A DNA stretch of 64,000 bases from a bacterium. GTDB taxonomy: Bacteria; Hinthialibacterota; Hinthialibacteria; Hinthialibacterales; Hinthialibacteraceae. Within the stretch, counting starts at the first letter, position 1; every line of letters starts with the position of its first letter. A program made the position numbers and the translations under genes. Under the pieces are notes generated by a model that saw only the letters and a program-made list of their open reading frames with translations, searched no databases and was not told the DNA's origin. Positions 50,293 through 62,174 of this stretch are shown in pieces. The stretch spans positions 194,568 through 258,567 of the forward strand of contig CAXXSM010000053.1 in NCBI GenBank assembly GCA_963663405.2. Direction: 5' to 3'.

Positions 50293-52017
50293 TCACCCAG
50301 CGGCGCAGACGTAGTACAATGCGAATCCGACTCCTACGAGCGCTTCACCTACGATTAAACCGGCGGCGGCGGGGATGCCGGCGTCTTCGCAGAATCGCAG
50401 GCCGTATAGTTTTTCTAACACGATTCTGAGGAGGGTTCCGATGCTGTATGTCAGAACAATATTGAAGGGCAGGTAGAATCCCAGCCCTACTAAAATTCCC
50501 AATCCACCGATGCCTGTGCTGCTTAAGGCCGCGCCGATGCCGGCGCCCGCGATGTATTTTTGGAGGGGTACATCGCCGCCTAGGATGCCCTGAATGACAC
50601 TGGCCAGCGCTTGTCCCTGCGGCCGCGGGGAGGCGTTCGCTTCCTAATCCATACGCGCCATGCAGGATAAAGATCAAGATCATGATCACAATCGGTCCCA
50701 ACCAGGCGCCGAGAAACTGGCCGATCTGCTGCATGCGGGGCGAAGCGCCGACCAGGTAACCGGTTTTTAGATCGAGCATTAGATCGGTCGCCTGCGACAT
50801 CGCCACACAACGCCGCCGCGCCCACCATGATTGAAGAGAGAATCGCCGCATTATCATCGATGCCGCTGCAGATTACGATAAAGATCGTGATGGCGATGAG
50901 CGTCATACCGCTGAGCGGGGACCAGTTTGTTCTTCCGATACATTCGGATAAAATCACAACCGGCTACCCAAATCCAGAGTGTGCCTAAGACGGCGATTAA
51001 TCCGCCTCGCAGCCAACCGACTTCGCGTGTTGAGGTAACAGCGATCGCGAAGAGCAAGTAAAAACGCAAGGATGATGGCAATATATAGAAACCGGATTGA
51101 GAGTTCGTCTTTCGAATGGGCCACTTGGAGTTTGGAGGCGGTCTGCATACTGCGCACGGCGCTGACGACGAGTGGAAAGGCCCAGAGAATCCCTGCGATG
51201 GCGCCGCCGATTAGCATCCCCGATGCCTACCGGCCTGAATAAATGGAGCCGGAGAAAATTGGGCATGGATAGATCCAAAGCCGTAAGCGTCTCACTGGTT
51301 GGCAGGTTGCCGAGGTAGGCCAGGAAAGGCGCCAAGAGCCAGTAGCAGACGTAGCCGCCGATGATGAAGAAGAATCCCCCCTTGCCTGCAATGAATCCAA
51401 CGCCGATCGTCAATAAAGAGATGTACCATACGCCGTTCATGTAGTCCGGCATCCCGATTAACGCGCCGATGTCCCAGTTTTCGATTTCATCATATTGACA
51501 ATAGAAATGAAGTAGCGCGCTGACCGCTACGCCGGATAGAAGGATTAACGCTTTTTGAATCCCCGCTCCCGGCGATTTTAAAATAGACGCGACGGCGACT
51601 CCGCCGGGATAGGTCAGACGTTCGAAATCGATCATCTGTTTACGCAGTGGGATGATGAACGCGATTCCTAAAACACCGCCCGCGATGCAGGCGAAGACCA
51701 TAACCAGCGCGTTAAATTCCGTTGAGACCCAGGATAAAGAGAGCGGGGATGGAGAACATCATTCCCGACGAGGCTCCATTCACAGCGCTGGCGATGGTTT
51801 GGTTGATGTTGTTCTCGATGATGCTGCGGCGGCGCATGAGTCCGCGTAAAATGCCGAAGCCGAGAATGGCCGCCAGTTCAGAGCCTTCGATCGAGAAGCC
51901 GAGGATCAAACTCGCATATCCAATGCTGATCGCGATGAGCGTCCCTAAAAAATAGCCCACCACAAGGGCGGGAAATGTTAATTCCGGGTACGGGGCCCCG
52001 GCGGAGGATTTTTCCAT
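50293..52017 (-). CDS. OPT/YSL family oligopeptide transporter; at least 4 frameshifts
   Basis: YPELT, ENNINQTIASA, IPLRKQMID..LTYPGGVAVA, PLSG, DLMLDLKTGYLVGASPRMQ, AAGLIVGEALVGV. Confidence 0.88.
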
Positions 52018-52096
52018 CTGCTGTCACTTGTATTGTCCTATGGGTTGTCAGCTGTTTTTAGATCATTATTTATTGAAGGTTTTATTTTAGTCTATT

Positions 52097-52362
52097 GTCA
52101 GGGGAGAACGAAGTCTTGCTCTGGGCACCCGTACTATTTAAGAATGTGGGATGAAGCCAGGGCAGAAAAAAGCCTTGCCCTGGGTACCCGGTGAATGTGG
52201 GATAACCGCCAGGATAGGAGCAAAGTCTTGCCCTTGGGCGCCCGGTCGAAGAAGGTGAAGGCTCCGGCGCGAGCGCCGGTACTTGCCCTAGGTACCCCGC
52301 TCTATTCAAGTGTGGTTTGGAATAAGGCAAAGGCAGATGAAAAAACCTTGCCTTTGCTACCC
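52097..52362. repeat. Array of five degenerate family B palindromes
   Basis: Units at about 52097, 52156, 52208, 52261 and 52327 share cttgccctgggtaccc-like ends, separated by 16-28 nt. Confidence 0.8.
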
Positions 52363-52439
52363 TCTCGTTTCTTTCTGAAAATACGAATCGTTATTTAGTG
52401 ACGTATTCACTTACCGGATCAGCTATAATACAGTCTATC

Positions 52440-53580
52440 TTAGAGAGGATCGGTCCAGACGCCGGGGATTTTGGTTTTGCATTTTTTGCAGACGCCGTTC
52501 TCCATTCCTTCGATTGTTGTGCGGTAGCCGAGTCGGCGGATCAGTAATTCGCCGCAGGAATGGCAGTTGGTGTTTTCGGCGGGATGACCAGGGACATTGC
52601 CGATGTAGACGTAATTCGCGCCCGCGTCCTGGGCGATTTTACGCAGCCGTTCTAGCGTGCGCACCGGTGTGGAGGGAAGATTTTTGATTTTGTACATGGG
52701 ATGGAAGCGGGTAAGATGAATCGGCGTATCGGGGCCAAGGTGTTCGATGATCCATTTGGTCATGTCACGGTTTTCTTCGTCGCTGTCGTTCAGGGTGGGG
52801 ATAATCAAGACGACCAGTTCCAGCCAGCATTTGAGTTCGTGAATGATTTCCAGTGATTTTAAGACCGGTTTCAATTCTCCATTGCAGATTTCTTTGTAAA
52901 ATTTCTCCGTGTATCCCTTAAAGTCGATTTTTATCCCCGTGAGGTTGGGAACGAGTTCACGGAGGGGTTTCTCCTGAATGTAACCGTTGGAGATCATGAC
53001 GCTGCCGATCTTTTTTTTGCGGGCTTCGATGGCGGTATCGCGCATGTATTCATAGAAAATGACTGGTTCGGAATAGGTGTAGGCGATTGACTGGCTTTTG
53101 GTTTGATAGGCCAGTTGAACTGTCTCGGCTGGGGGCAGATCGATCATTCGGACCTGTTCGGGGCGGAACTGGGAAATGTCCCAATTCTGGCAGAATTTAC
53201 ATTCAATATTGCAGCCCGCGGTGGCGATTGGAAAACGCCTGTGAGCCTGGAAGATAATGAAAGAGCGGTTTTTTTTCAATGGGGGTCGACATGAAGGGAA
53301 CAGGGGACGCCCGTAGACAAAGGAACGGTAGACGCCATCCACGTTTTCCCGGACGCCGCAGTAGCCTCTTTCGCCGTCCGCCACGCGGCATTCTTTCGGA
53401 CAGAGCTGGCAGCGGATTTTTTTCTCGTCCAGTTTTTCATAATACATCGCTTCATGATCGGAGACATCGTTTGTTGTGGGCAGTGTGACCGCGCCCGAAC
53501 ATTCGGCTCCCCCCATCGCCAGGGCGCAGCCACAGGCGATCGATGAATGTAAAAAATTGACGGCGATCGATCGAATTCAT
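52440..53580 (-). CDS. amrS: AmmeMemoRadiSam system radical SAM enzyme with Tat signal; frameshifts
   Basis: CQLCPKEC..GYCGVREN, PIEKKPLFHYLPG (shifted frame), GCNIECKFCQNWDISQ (CxxxCxxC), AYTYSEP, YVYIGNVPGH, C-terminal CHSC..CKKC. Removing one T from a T6 run gives MNSIDRRQFLHSSIACGCALAMGG. Confidence 0.92.
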
Positions 53581-53601
53581 TCTCTCAATCCTTGTGTGAC
53601 C

Positions 53602-54619
53602 TTAAGTCGTGATTTCTTTCAGTTCAATATGAGCTGGATCGCGCCCAGCCGATTTTTTTCTCTTCCGCCAGTTGAATGTAGAGCGGTTCCCGCCCGGCGT
53701 CTTTAAAGGAAGGGAGTTTCATTTCCTTCCGTTTTTCTTCTAAAATGCGCGCTCCCACCGCGTCCAAGGCTACTATATCAGTTGAGATCAAGAGTCCGCC
53801 ATATTCCCAGGCGCGGTTGGCTTTGAAGGCGGGGCCGCCGTCGTATTGCCCGCGGAATCCATCGCAGATCGACAGGCGGTGCTTGTTTTTCACATAGTCA
53901 TGAAGACACAAATCCGGCAAGTAGGGATCCTTGTTAACGTCGAAGTGATACCGGTTTGGATTGTGAATCAAACCGAAGAGATTTCTTCATCGCGACGGAT
54001 GTGCCGGAAAGGTCGTGGTCTTTTAGAATTCCTACGTTGATCAGCGCTGTGCAGGCTTTGGAGATGATGCGGGAAAAACAGGAGCCGATGCTTTCGTGGA
54101 TTTCCGGGCGTGGTTGATAGCCGACGCCTTGGCTGTCCGGTGGCGATTACAACCGCCCGGCCTTTGGCGGACGCGGCGTCGAAGCCCGCCTGTTTCAATT
54201 CCCGTTCGCTGCGGTCCCAGACGAATATTTTTCTGTGGAGAAACACCGGCTTGCGCTAATCGTTCTGCGATCGCGTAGACTAGTTCGGGATGTGGGGAGA
54301 GCATCCGCCCTCCCAGCCGCGTTTACTTTAATTCCCACAATATCGTATTTGGTGAAAAGAGGGAACGCCATACGTCCAATGGATCTTTTTTATCACCCAA
54401 CGCGCGCATCGATTCATCCAGCATTGACGCTACAGCGTTTGTGTCAAGAGAATTCGGAGATTGAAGAACGCCCATCTTGCGGGCGAGTGTCACACGGCTT
54501 TTTCCCGTTTGGCCGGCCGGCTGTGGAGCGGCGGCCGTATGGTTGGGAAGCCAGAGCGATGGCCCGGTTATGAGACCTGTTCCCATACTATATAAGAAAG
54601 CGCGGCGTTTGATTTTCAT
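53602..54619 (-). CDS. Tat-exported DUF362 family protein; frameshifts
   Basis: MKIKRRAFLYSMG (Tat); IVGIKVN; PELVYAI..L; IFVWDR; LINVGILKDH..SVAMK; IHNP; ICDG..GQYDGGP; DIVALDAVG. Confidence 0.85.
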
Positions 54620-54622
54620 CGA

Positions 54623-56153
54623 TTAGGATTCCTTGACTGAAAGGTCTTTGAAGAGTTCCGCGAATACCTGCGCGGTGAAGGTTTTGAATGCGCAGCCGGA
54701 TCTCCAATCGTCAGTTTTGAGACCAGCCTTTTCGCATAAATGGTTGAGCGTCTCTTCCACGTTCCAGCCCTGCTCTAATGCTACTTGTGGCAGATAGACC
54801 GCAGAGCGGTTATTCCTTTTCGATGATGACGCCATCCCGCCCCAAGACGATTTCTTTCCATGAATCAATTTTCTTTTTTTTGGGGGGGGACATGACGGAG
54901 ATTTCGATATCGATTTTTTCCATCTCTTCTTCGGTCAACGGTTGGAACCGGTGGTCGCCGAACGCTGAGGAGAGGACGGTTTTTGCGATCGTTTTATAAA
55001 GTGGTTCGGTTCCCACCATTTGGCCGATGCAGCCCCGCAGACGCCCTTCTTTATGCAGTGTAACGAAGACGACCGTTTTTTTCTTTTAGCCGGGGTGTGA
55101 TTTTCTCTTCCGGGGGCGTGTATTCTGTGGCTTTTTTTTGATTGAAAGGTTTGTTCAAGGGTTTTACGGGCGATTTCGATCGCGACAGCGCCGTTTCTTC
55201 TTCGTTGAGATAATCGGATCGTTCGCGGAAGACAAGGGAACAGTAACTGACGGTCTCTTTGTAATCGTTCTGTTTATCGCCGGACGTTTCATAGTGCGTA
55301 AATTCAACTTGCGTTTGCAGTGGGAGAGCGAGCATGGCGATCTTAATCGGATTGCGTCCGCAGATCGTCGCCCTGCGTTCCATCTGTAAACGCCCAAAAT
55401 CCGCGCACGTCAAGGTTTAATATGTGATTGACCGCCGCGAAATCCAACCGCTGGACGTTCTTTTTAATGTCGGTTTTGAATGGTTGATAGGCGAAACGGG
55501 GGCCTTGATGAGTGAAGTCTGAACTAACAACAAGTAGTGTATCCGCATCAAGCAAAGGGCGTATGCGGTTGGCGATTTCTTTGCAGTCATCGATGGTGAG
55601 TTCGCTGATGACGATGGGAATTAATTGGAAATCGTTCAGCGTCCGTTGGAGGAAAAGGCAGCTGGATTTCCAGGCTGTGTTCCTGGGTATGCGCATCCTT
55701 GTGGTTACCGATAGCGGGGGAAGTAAGAAGAGAGTCGCAGGCTGTCCGGTCGAGGGGGACCTGTCCCCAGCGGCGTTTCGTATGCTTCCACATCCGCGAT
55801 CGAACCGCCCCGGAAATATGGCCGGTCCGGTGCGAGGGGCCCAAAAGAATCACCCGCTTGTAGGACGCGCCTTGGATCGCTTTATAGGAATAGGCGGCGG
55901 TTTGGCCTGACCAGTCGTAGCCCGCATGAGGCGCGATCAACGCCCGGACCCGTGAGGCGTTCTCCGACGCGCTGGGAATGTTTTTTAAATATCCATCGAT
56001 CTGTTTTGTTAACGCTGTTTTTGATTCCGTGTACCAACTTCCCGCCAGTACGGAAGAACGGACTTTGGTCTTCTCCGGCGTGTCGGCGGAGACCGAACAG
56101 GCGTGAGTCAACAGACAAACCAATAGAAAGAGAACGCCGTGATTTTTTTTCAA
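54623..56153 (-). CDS. amrB: AmrB (Memo-like)-AmrA (AMMECR1) fusion with N-terminal signal peptide; frameshifts
   Basis: AGSWY, PHAGY, GPSH, EHSLEIQLPF, SSDFTH, TICG (Memo); then FVTLHKEGRLRGCIG, DHRF, IEISVMS, YLPQVA, LCEKAG (AMMECR1). Confidence 0.9.
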
Positions 56154-56280
56154 CGATAGATCCCCCCATTTTCTTGTTATAGGTTATTTCTATCTTACTC
56201 GAATCTCGTTGAGAAAAGAACACCAACTTTCGATTGGGGAGGATTTCTTTGATTGAGTTTGGGGAATTGATGTCAAGGCG

Positions 56281-56425
56281 GAAGAAAGTAAAGGACTCCG
56301 GCGCGAGAGATGGTACTTGCCCTGGGCGCCTGTTTTATGTATTAAGATTGGGGGATCAATGCCAGGGCAGAAAAAAGCCTTGCCCTGGGCGCCCGGCGAG
56401 ATCTGGTACTTGTCCTGGCTACCCA
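56281..56425. repeat. Cluster of three family B palindromes
   Basis: actccggcgcgagagatggtacttgccctgggcgcc resembles the 52261 unit; atcaatgccagggcagaaaaaagccttgccctggg is identical to the copy at about 29127; tggtacttgtcctggctaccc. Confidence 0.8.
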
Positions 56426-56461
56426 TATAACTGCGTGAGCCGTGGCGTCTGGTTTGGATTT

Positions 56462-59400
56462 TTATTCCACTTTTAGTTCTTGGGGGAAGGAGACGTTTTC
56501 GTTTTCGGGGTTGTAGTATTCGTATATTTTTGATTCGGGGGCTTTCGCGACCATGGGGAGTGTGGCTTTCATGGGGATCTCCAGTTCGATGGATTCGCCG
56601 CCGTCCATGGATTCGATGTAGATCAGGAGCTGGCGTGTCATGAGCGTGTATTTGGCGATGGTTCCTTCGTCTACGTATTCATCCAATGTTGGTTTTTCGA
56701 CGCGGAATCCGGGGGGGACGCCGATGTCGATCATGACCATCTCGGCGCGCGCGGGCCGGGCGTTTTTGGCTTTGACGAGGCAGGTGACCGTATCGTTGCG
56801 GCGCAGCTCGGCGCGGTCGTATTGCACGTCGATCGCGAAGGGAGGGTCTTGTTCTTTACCCTCGCGCCAAGGTGTGTAGTATTTCCCCACGACTTGGTAG
56901 AGAAGGCTTCCCTCGCCCTCCAGTTCGATCTGGACTTCGTTGTCTCCTTCCTGGATGAATTTGGAGACGTCGATCTGCCGGAAGAGATCGGAGTATTTCG
57001 GGGTGATCTCGATGGCGTTCGGCGGTTTCGCCATTGACTGTAATCATCGCGATGGCGTTGACTTGTTCGGTCCGTTGAGCGAGTGAGAGAATGAGCGCTT
57101 TGAGCGCCAAGACTGTGCCGTGGGTGGTTCCCCATGTTGCCGTTGGGATCTTTCTGTTCGACGATCCAATTGAAGGGCTTTGCCCAATTCGGCGTGATGA
57201 CGGCCTTCGCGGGATCAGAGCGATGGCGGCCCCAGGCGGTGGTTTCGACGCTGGCGTGATTGCCGCGCGCGAAACTCATACTGGCTTTCGGATTCCCAAT
57301 GCATGGTCTTGCCGGGTAAGGACGCCCATTTCGATCAACCGGCGCACGGAGCGATTTGTAATGGGATCGTTGGGAGCGATCGATAGCAGTGTGTTGCAGA
57401 GAATCGATAACGTGTACGCGTCATCGGCTTCTTCCGGCGTGTTCCAGCAAGTATCGTTTTGGTTTTTGGAGAGTCTCAAAAACATTTGATCTCCTGGTAG
57501 GGAAGTTTCCTCCAATTTGCTGCGTAACGTTCGAAATCATGGGATTGATCGAAGCGCGGGAGAGCGCTAGGGCGATGTATGCGGTTACGAGCAGTTTGTT
57601 GTCCTGGATGGTCCGCCACATTTCCGCGTGGGCGTAGTTCTCATCCGGTTCCCAGGTTCCCGTCCGGATTCATCTGGCCGATGAGCCAATCTATTGTTCG
57701 GTCAATGACGTTTTCATCGATGGGATAGACCTCGTTCATGTCAAGGAATTCCATCAATCCATAGGCCGGAGAGAATGCGGGTCGCGGGTGGATTGGCCGA
57801 AGACTTGAAAACCGCCGCCATCGATCTCGAACGTGAGGAGGCGCTGGTAGCCCAGATTGATGTATTCACGGGCTTTCATTTCTACGGCGGGTGTGACGCG
57901 GCCCGTTCGCTGCATGTAATTAAGCGCGAGGATGTTGGGATAGGTGGTGGAACTGGTCTGTTCAAAACAGCCGAATGGCATCTTTAAAATCGCATCCAGG
58001 CCTTCAACCAATTGGCTGAAGACGCCGGGATAGATTTTGACGAAAAGTTTATCAGCTCCCGGCACGCGGTTTTCTGGATACGTCACTGTTTCTTTGACGA
58101 AATCGTTAAGGTTTCCGCTGTGGTTGATGAATTGCGCTTTGCCGTTGGGGCGCACTTCGATGTCACGTCCCGATCGCGTCGTTGTCCTGCGAGCCCCAGG
58201 CGTAGACTGTTAATGGATATTTACCCCAACCGCCGGGCGCGGACCCGGTAAGGAGACGGAGGTGACTTCGTTGGCCGCGATGGAGACATCGCGGTCGTAG
58301 GAACCTTCCAACAGATCGAACCAGGACGCTTGCTGAAGTGAGATTTCGACTTCCTGCGGTGTGGAGAGGTAGTTATAACACTGCGACGGGGATGGTGACC
58401 TCGTCGTCCTGAATGAGCGCAATGGGGAGATCGATATCGACGAAGAAGGGTTTGAAGACCTTCATGGCTGATGTCGTGTCGCCAATCGCACCGGAGAGTG
58501 TATTCGCCATCGCCGACATGCGCCATGTGGTGATCGAATCGGCGGCGGGAAGCGTGAGCGAACGCATTCCCCTGGTTGTCGGTAATGAGTTCGGGTGTAT
58601 AGAAGAGCGTTTCGGGGAAATAGGCGCCGGACGCGGACGGAGCGTTCCTTCGCTTTCCGTGAGGAAGCGAGGATTTCCGGCGCGTCTTTTTTTTCGCTGA
58701 GGGAGCTGTTTCATAATTTCCCGCTTGCCTTTTTCATCCGCGCTATCGAAACGTTCTTTGATCGCTAGGAATTCATCGCCGATGACTTTATCGCCGAAGA
58801 ATTGATCCGCCGCGTTTTTGATGTCTTCTTTGACTCAACGGCGCGAAGCCCCTTCTTGATTGTAATCGTGGTCTATTCTTCCAGCGATGATTCCTTCTTT
58901 AAGCGTTTCAGCGTCTCCAAATTTTGCAATGAGAGCTGGTCCCGTTTGCAGGGACAATTCAGTTTCTGCAAGATCGTAAACTCCATCGCTGATTTCCGAG
59001 CTTTTCAAAAGATTGAACTGATCTGATTTAATATCAGAGGCGGCTTCCATTTGAAACGCAAAGTTGTTTACTACATTGGCTTTTTCTGGAGCGGCTTTCA
59101 TATCTCCAAAGGCCATGCCCATGCCGCCTCCCATACCCTTACCCATCATGCCCATGCCGCCTCCCATGCCGCCCATGCCAACTCCGAGGGCCATATCGCC
59201 ATCAACGGGGGGGGCGCCTGCTTGGCGCCATAGGTTGAGCCGGCGTAGCCCAGGGCGCGTAAACGTTCAACTTCGGCTTCCCTCTTCCAACGAGCATCCG
59301 GCCCCGCGCTCTTCGTTGGGGCATTTGGACCGGCGCAGCGAACGCGCCGGCCATTCGGCCACCTGCGCGTTCATCCATGGCGGCGCCTTTTTTGACCGCC

Positions 59401-62114
59401 ATTCCTCCAAAGAGATCGCCTCTGCGCGACGGCGCCCCCGGCCGAGGACGGGTTTTGCGGCATGTGAAATGCTTTCGTCTCTGATCATACCCCATTCATT
59501 TAATTTAAGACCTACGGAATCCGTTACGCCAAGAATAAGCGGCGATCGCCTTGCGTTTGGGAAACCGTAGCGATAGTTGGGGATGCGGATATCGTCATCC
59601 GTGTTAGGTTCGCCGTCGCGGCCCAGGCTCGCCAGCCAGGACGTTATCGTCTGAATAGATTACGTAAGGATTCTTCCACGGATCGATAACGGGATAGGCG
59701 TTCGGGGATCTTCACCCAGCGCGAGGAGAATCTCATCGACGGGTTTGGGAATGGGGCTCATGGTCAATGTCTGCCGCTCCATGAATTGCCGCAAGATATC
59801 GATATCGCGTTGCGCCTGTTCCCGTTTCTGTTTATCGGTGTCAATGTTTCAACCCGAAGGCGGATGGGGAATCCAGCTTGGCCAGCAGGGCTTTGGAGAG
59901 CTGCGCGTTTTCCTGATACTGTTTGGAGGAGAGCCGAACGACTTTATCCAACTGATAGCCGTGGATCTCCACCTTGGGTTGAAGCAGCTCTTTCTCAATC
60001 GCGAAGAAGACTTTGGCCAGCCCCGGTTCCTTTTCAGTTAGACTGTAGACGCTTTCATCGACGACATGCATGCCCAACGCGGCGCGCACGGGCGTTCCAT
60101 CTTTGCCGCGCACGGCGATTTTCAACTTGGCGGGAACGCCCGGCTCGTATTGTTCCTGATCGCTTTGAATGAATATTTCCAGATCGTCACTGCGGGTTGC
60201 GACGACTTGGCGGGTGTCGCGGATCATGTTTCCATCGGGACGGATAATATACGCATTCAAGGCCAGGGAACCTGCGAGTGTGTTGTCAATCGGCACGTCA
60301 AGGCTCGCTTTAACCGTTTTCTAAACGCATTGTGCGTGTGAGGACGGTCTGAGCTGTTCTTGATGATATCAAGAAAGACCGGTTCTTTGTCCCGCAGAGG
60401 CGAGAGAACTTGCAGCCGCATCGTCTGTCCGACCGTGTATACGCCTCGATCGGGGCGAAGCAGGATCATATCTCTTCCACCCTGCCGGGGCAATGTGGTT
60501 TCTAGATGAATATTTTCATCATCCACCATTGCGTCGATAAAGAGATCAGGTTGATCCGGCGCGGTTTGGTTTGATTCTTTTGGCGTCAGGAAGATCGAAG
60601 CGATGCCGTTGTCATCACACTTCACTTTAATTTCTGAATCTATATATGGCGTTTTGACGCGCAGGGAAGGCCGCGCGACGCTGCCATCGGGCCGGGAAGC
60701 GACGAGGAACACTTCATTCTCCACCCCTTCGATGAGCGCTCCCGCTTTCGGGAATTACATCGATTTTCAGCGGATCGACGGCGACGTGGAAGGTATGGTA
60801 TTTCTGTTCTTCATGATCGGCGGAGTCACGCACACGCGCGTCCAACTGAATGATGCTGGCTCCTTTGAAGAGCGGCTGGCCGACGAGGCGTTCGGGGATG
60901 ATGAAATCGTATTCAAACCGGCCTTCCGCGTCTGTCTTGCCTTCCACCGTGGCGAATTCGTTGAAACCTACATCAAAGCAATTGGCGATCAATGTTACTT
61001 TTGAATCCGCCACCGGTTTACCGAAGAAATAGCGCGCCTGGAGATGACCGGTCACCTTGGCTCCGGGGGCGTAGAATTTTTCTTTTGTTTGGAGATCGAT
61101 GCGGAATTTAGGTAAAACGTATTCGAAAAACCTGAACCGTCTTCTCGGTTTCATCATCGCCGAGGAGGACCTTCACCATGTAATCGCCTTGATTCACCTC
61201 ATCCGCCAATTGGAATTCCGCCGACGCGATACCGAATTCGGAGGTTTTTTCGATTTTCTTAAATACTTTGTTGCCTTTCCCATCGTACACTTCCAGGAGG
61301 ATATCCCGGGTAACGAGTGGTTTACCATTCGATTTATGAGCGGGCGAGAGCGCGGATGCGCATTAATTGACCGGGTTGATAGACGGGCTTGTCCGTGGTC
61401 AGGAAGATTTTGGTTCCTGAAACAACATTGACGACCGTACTTACCATGCTGGAGCCGCGTTTGGATTGAACGAGAATTTCAATGGGATATTGACCTATGA
61501 TATTTTCGGGCGTCTCGAATTGGAGAGAGGCGGTTCCCGCGCTGTCTGAAATTTCTTCGGCAAGCACATGCGATTCGTTTTCATTGGAGGGATGGGTGAT
61601 GATTTGAATCCGCGCGTCTTCGATCGGGACGGCTCCCTGGCTTTCCGTAACAATGACACGCAGGGCGGCTTTACTGCCGGCGATCCATTCGTTCTGGCCG
61701 ATGATGTGCAGTTCCTGTTCAATTACGCTTTTGGAAAAGCGCTTCAACCAGGTATTGCCCATAAAATCAACGCGCAGAATGCGTTTTTCCAGATCGGGGG
61801 CATTCGTGGATGTGGGAATGGCGATCCGTTCGTTCTGTTCGCCGTTCAGCAAGATGACTTTCTTCTCCACCTTCGCCAAGGGGTGGTATTCATCGTCTAG
61901 AAGTGTGAGAATTAAGTTATCCACCGCCTGTGTTTTTTTGAGATTGACCAATGGGATGGTCACGATAAAGGAATCTTCGGTCTGACTGGTTTCGATTTCA
62001 TCCAGTTTGATTTGAATGATGATTCCATCATCAGCGGAATCCGTCTGCGCAAGTTAACAGGCTGATGGGGAGGAGTAAGAGTAATAATAAAACGATCCAA
62101 TAATGTGTTTTCAT
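56462..62114 (-). CDS. Alpha-2-macroglobulin family protein (about 1880 aa if restored); many frameshifts
   Basis: Signal MKTHYWIVLLLLLLLPISLLTC; TTDKPVYQPGQ (MG2); EYVLPKF; VVDESVY; ADSITTWRM; PFFVDIDLP; MPFGCFEQTSSTTYPN (thioester); MVMIDIGVPPGF; IYEYYNPE. Confidence 0.92.
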
Positions 62115-62174
62115 GATGAGCCTCGTATATGTGACATATTTTGCAGTTTCTTTGGTGAATAGCGGTTTTGAATG

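Noticed and set aside
52097-52362. CRISPR-like array of about 35-bp palindromic repeats with spacers
   Set aside because: The repeats are too divergent, the spacers are short and uneven and two share gaatgtgggat, the same unit occurs singly elsewhere, and no cas genes are present. It fits a REP cluster better.
59110-59195. GroEL fragment (GGM tail)
   Set aside because: No other GroEL sequence is nearby; the Gly/Met run lies inside the A2M bait region.
50293-62114. Programmed frameshifting or genuine pseudogene island
   Set aside because: The indels are numerous, irregular and homopolymer-associated, and catalytic motifs are preserved. Sequencing error is the simpler explanation.
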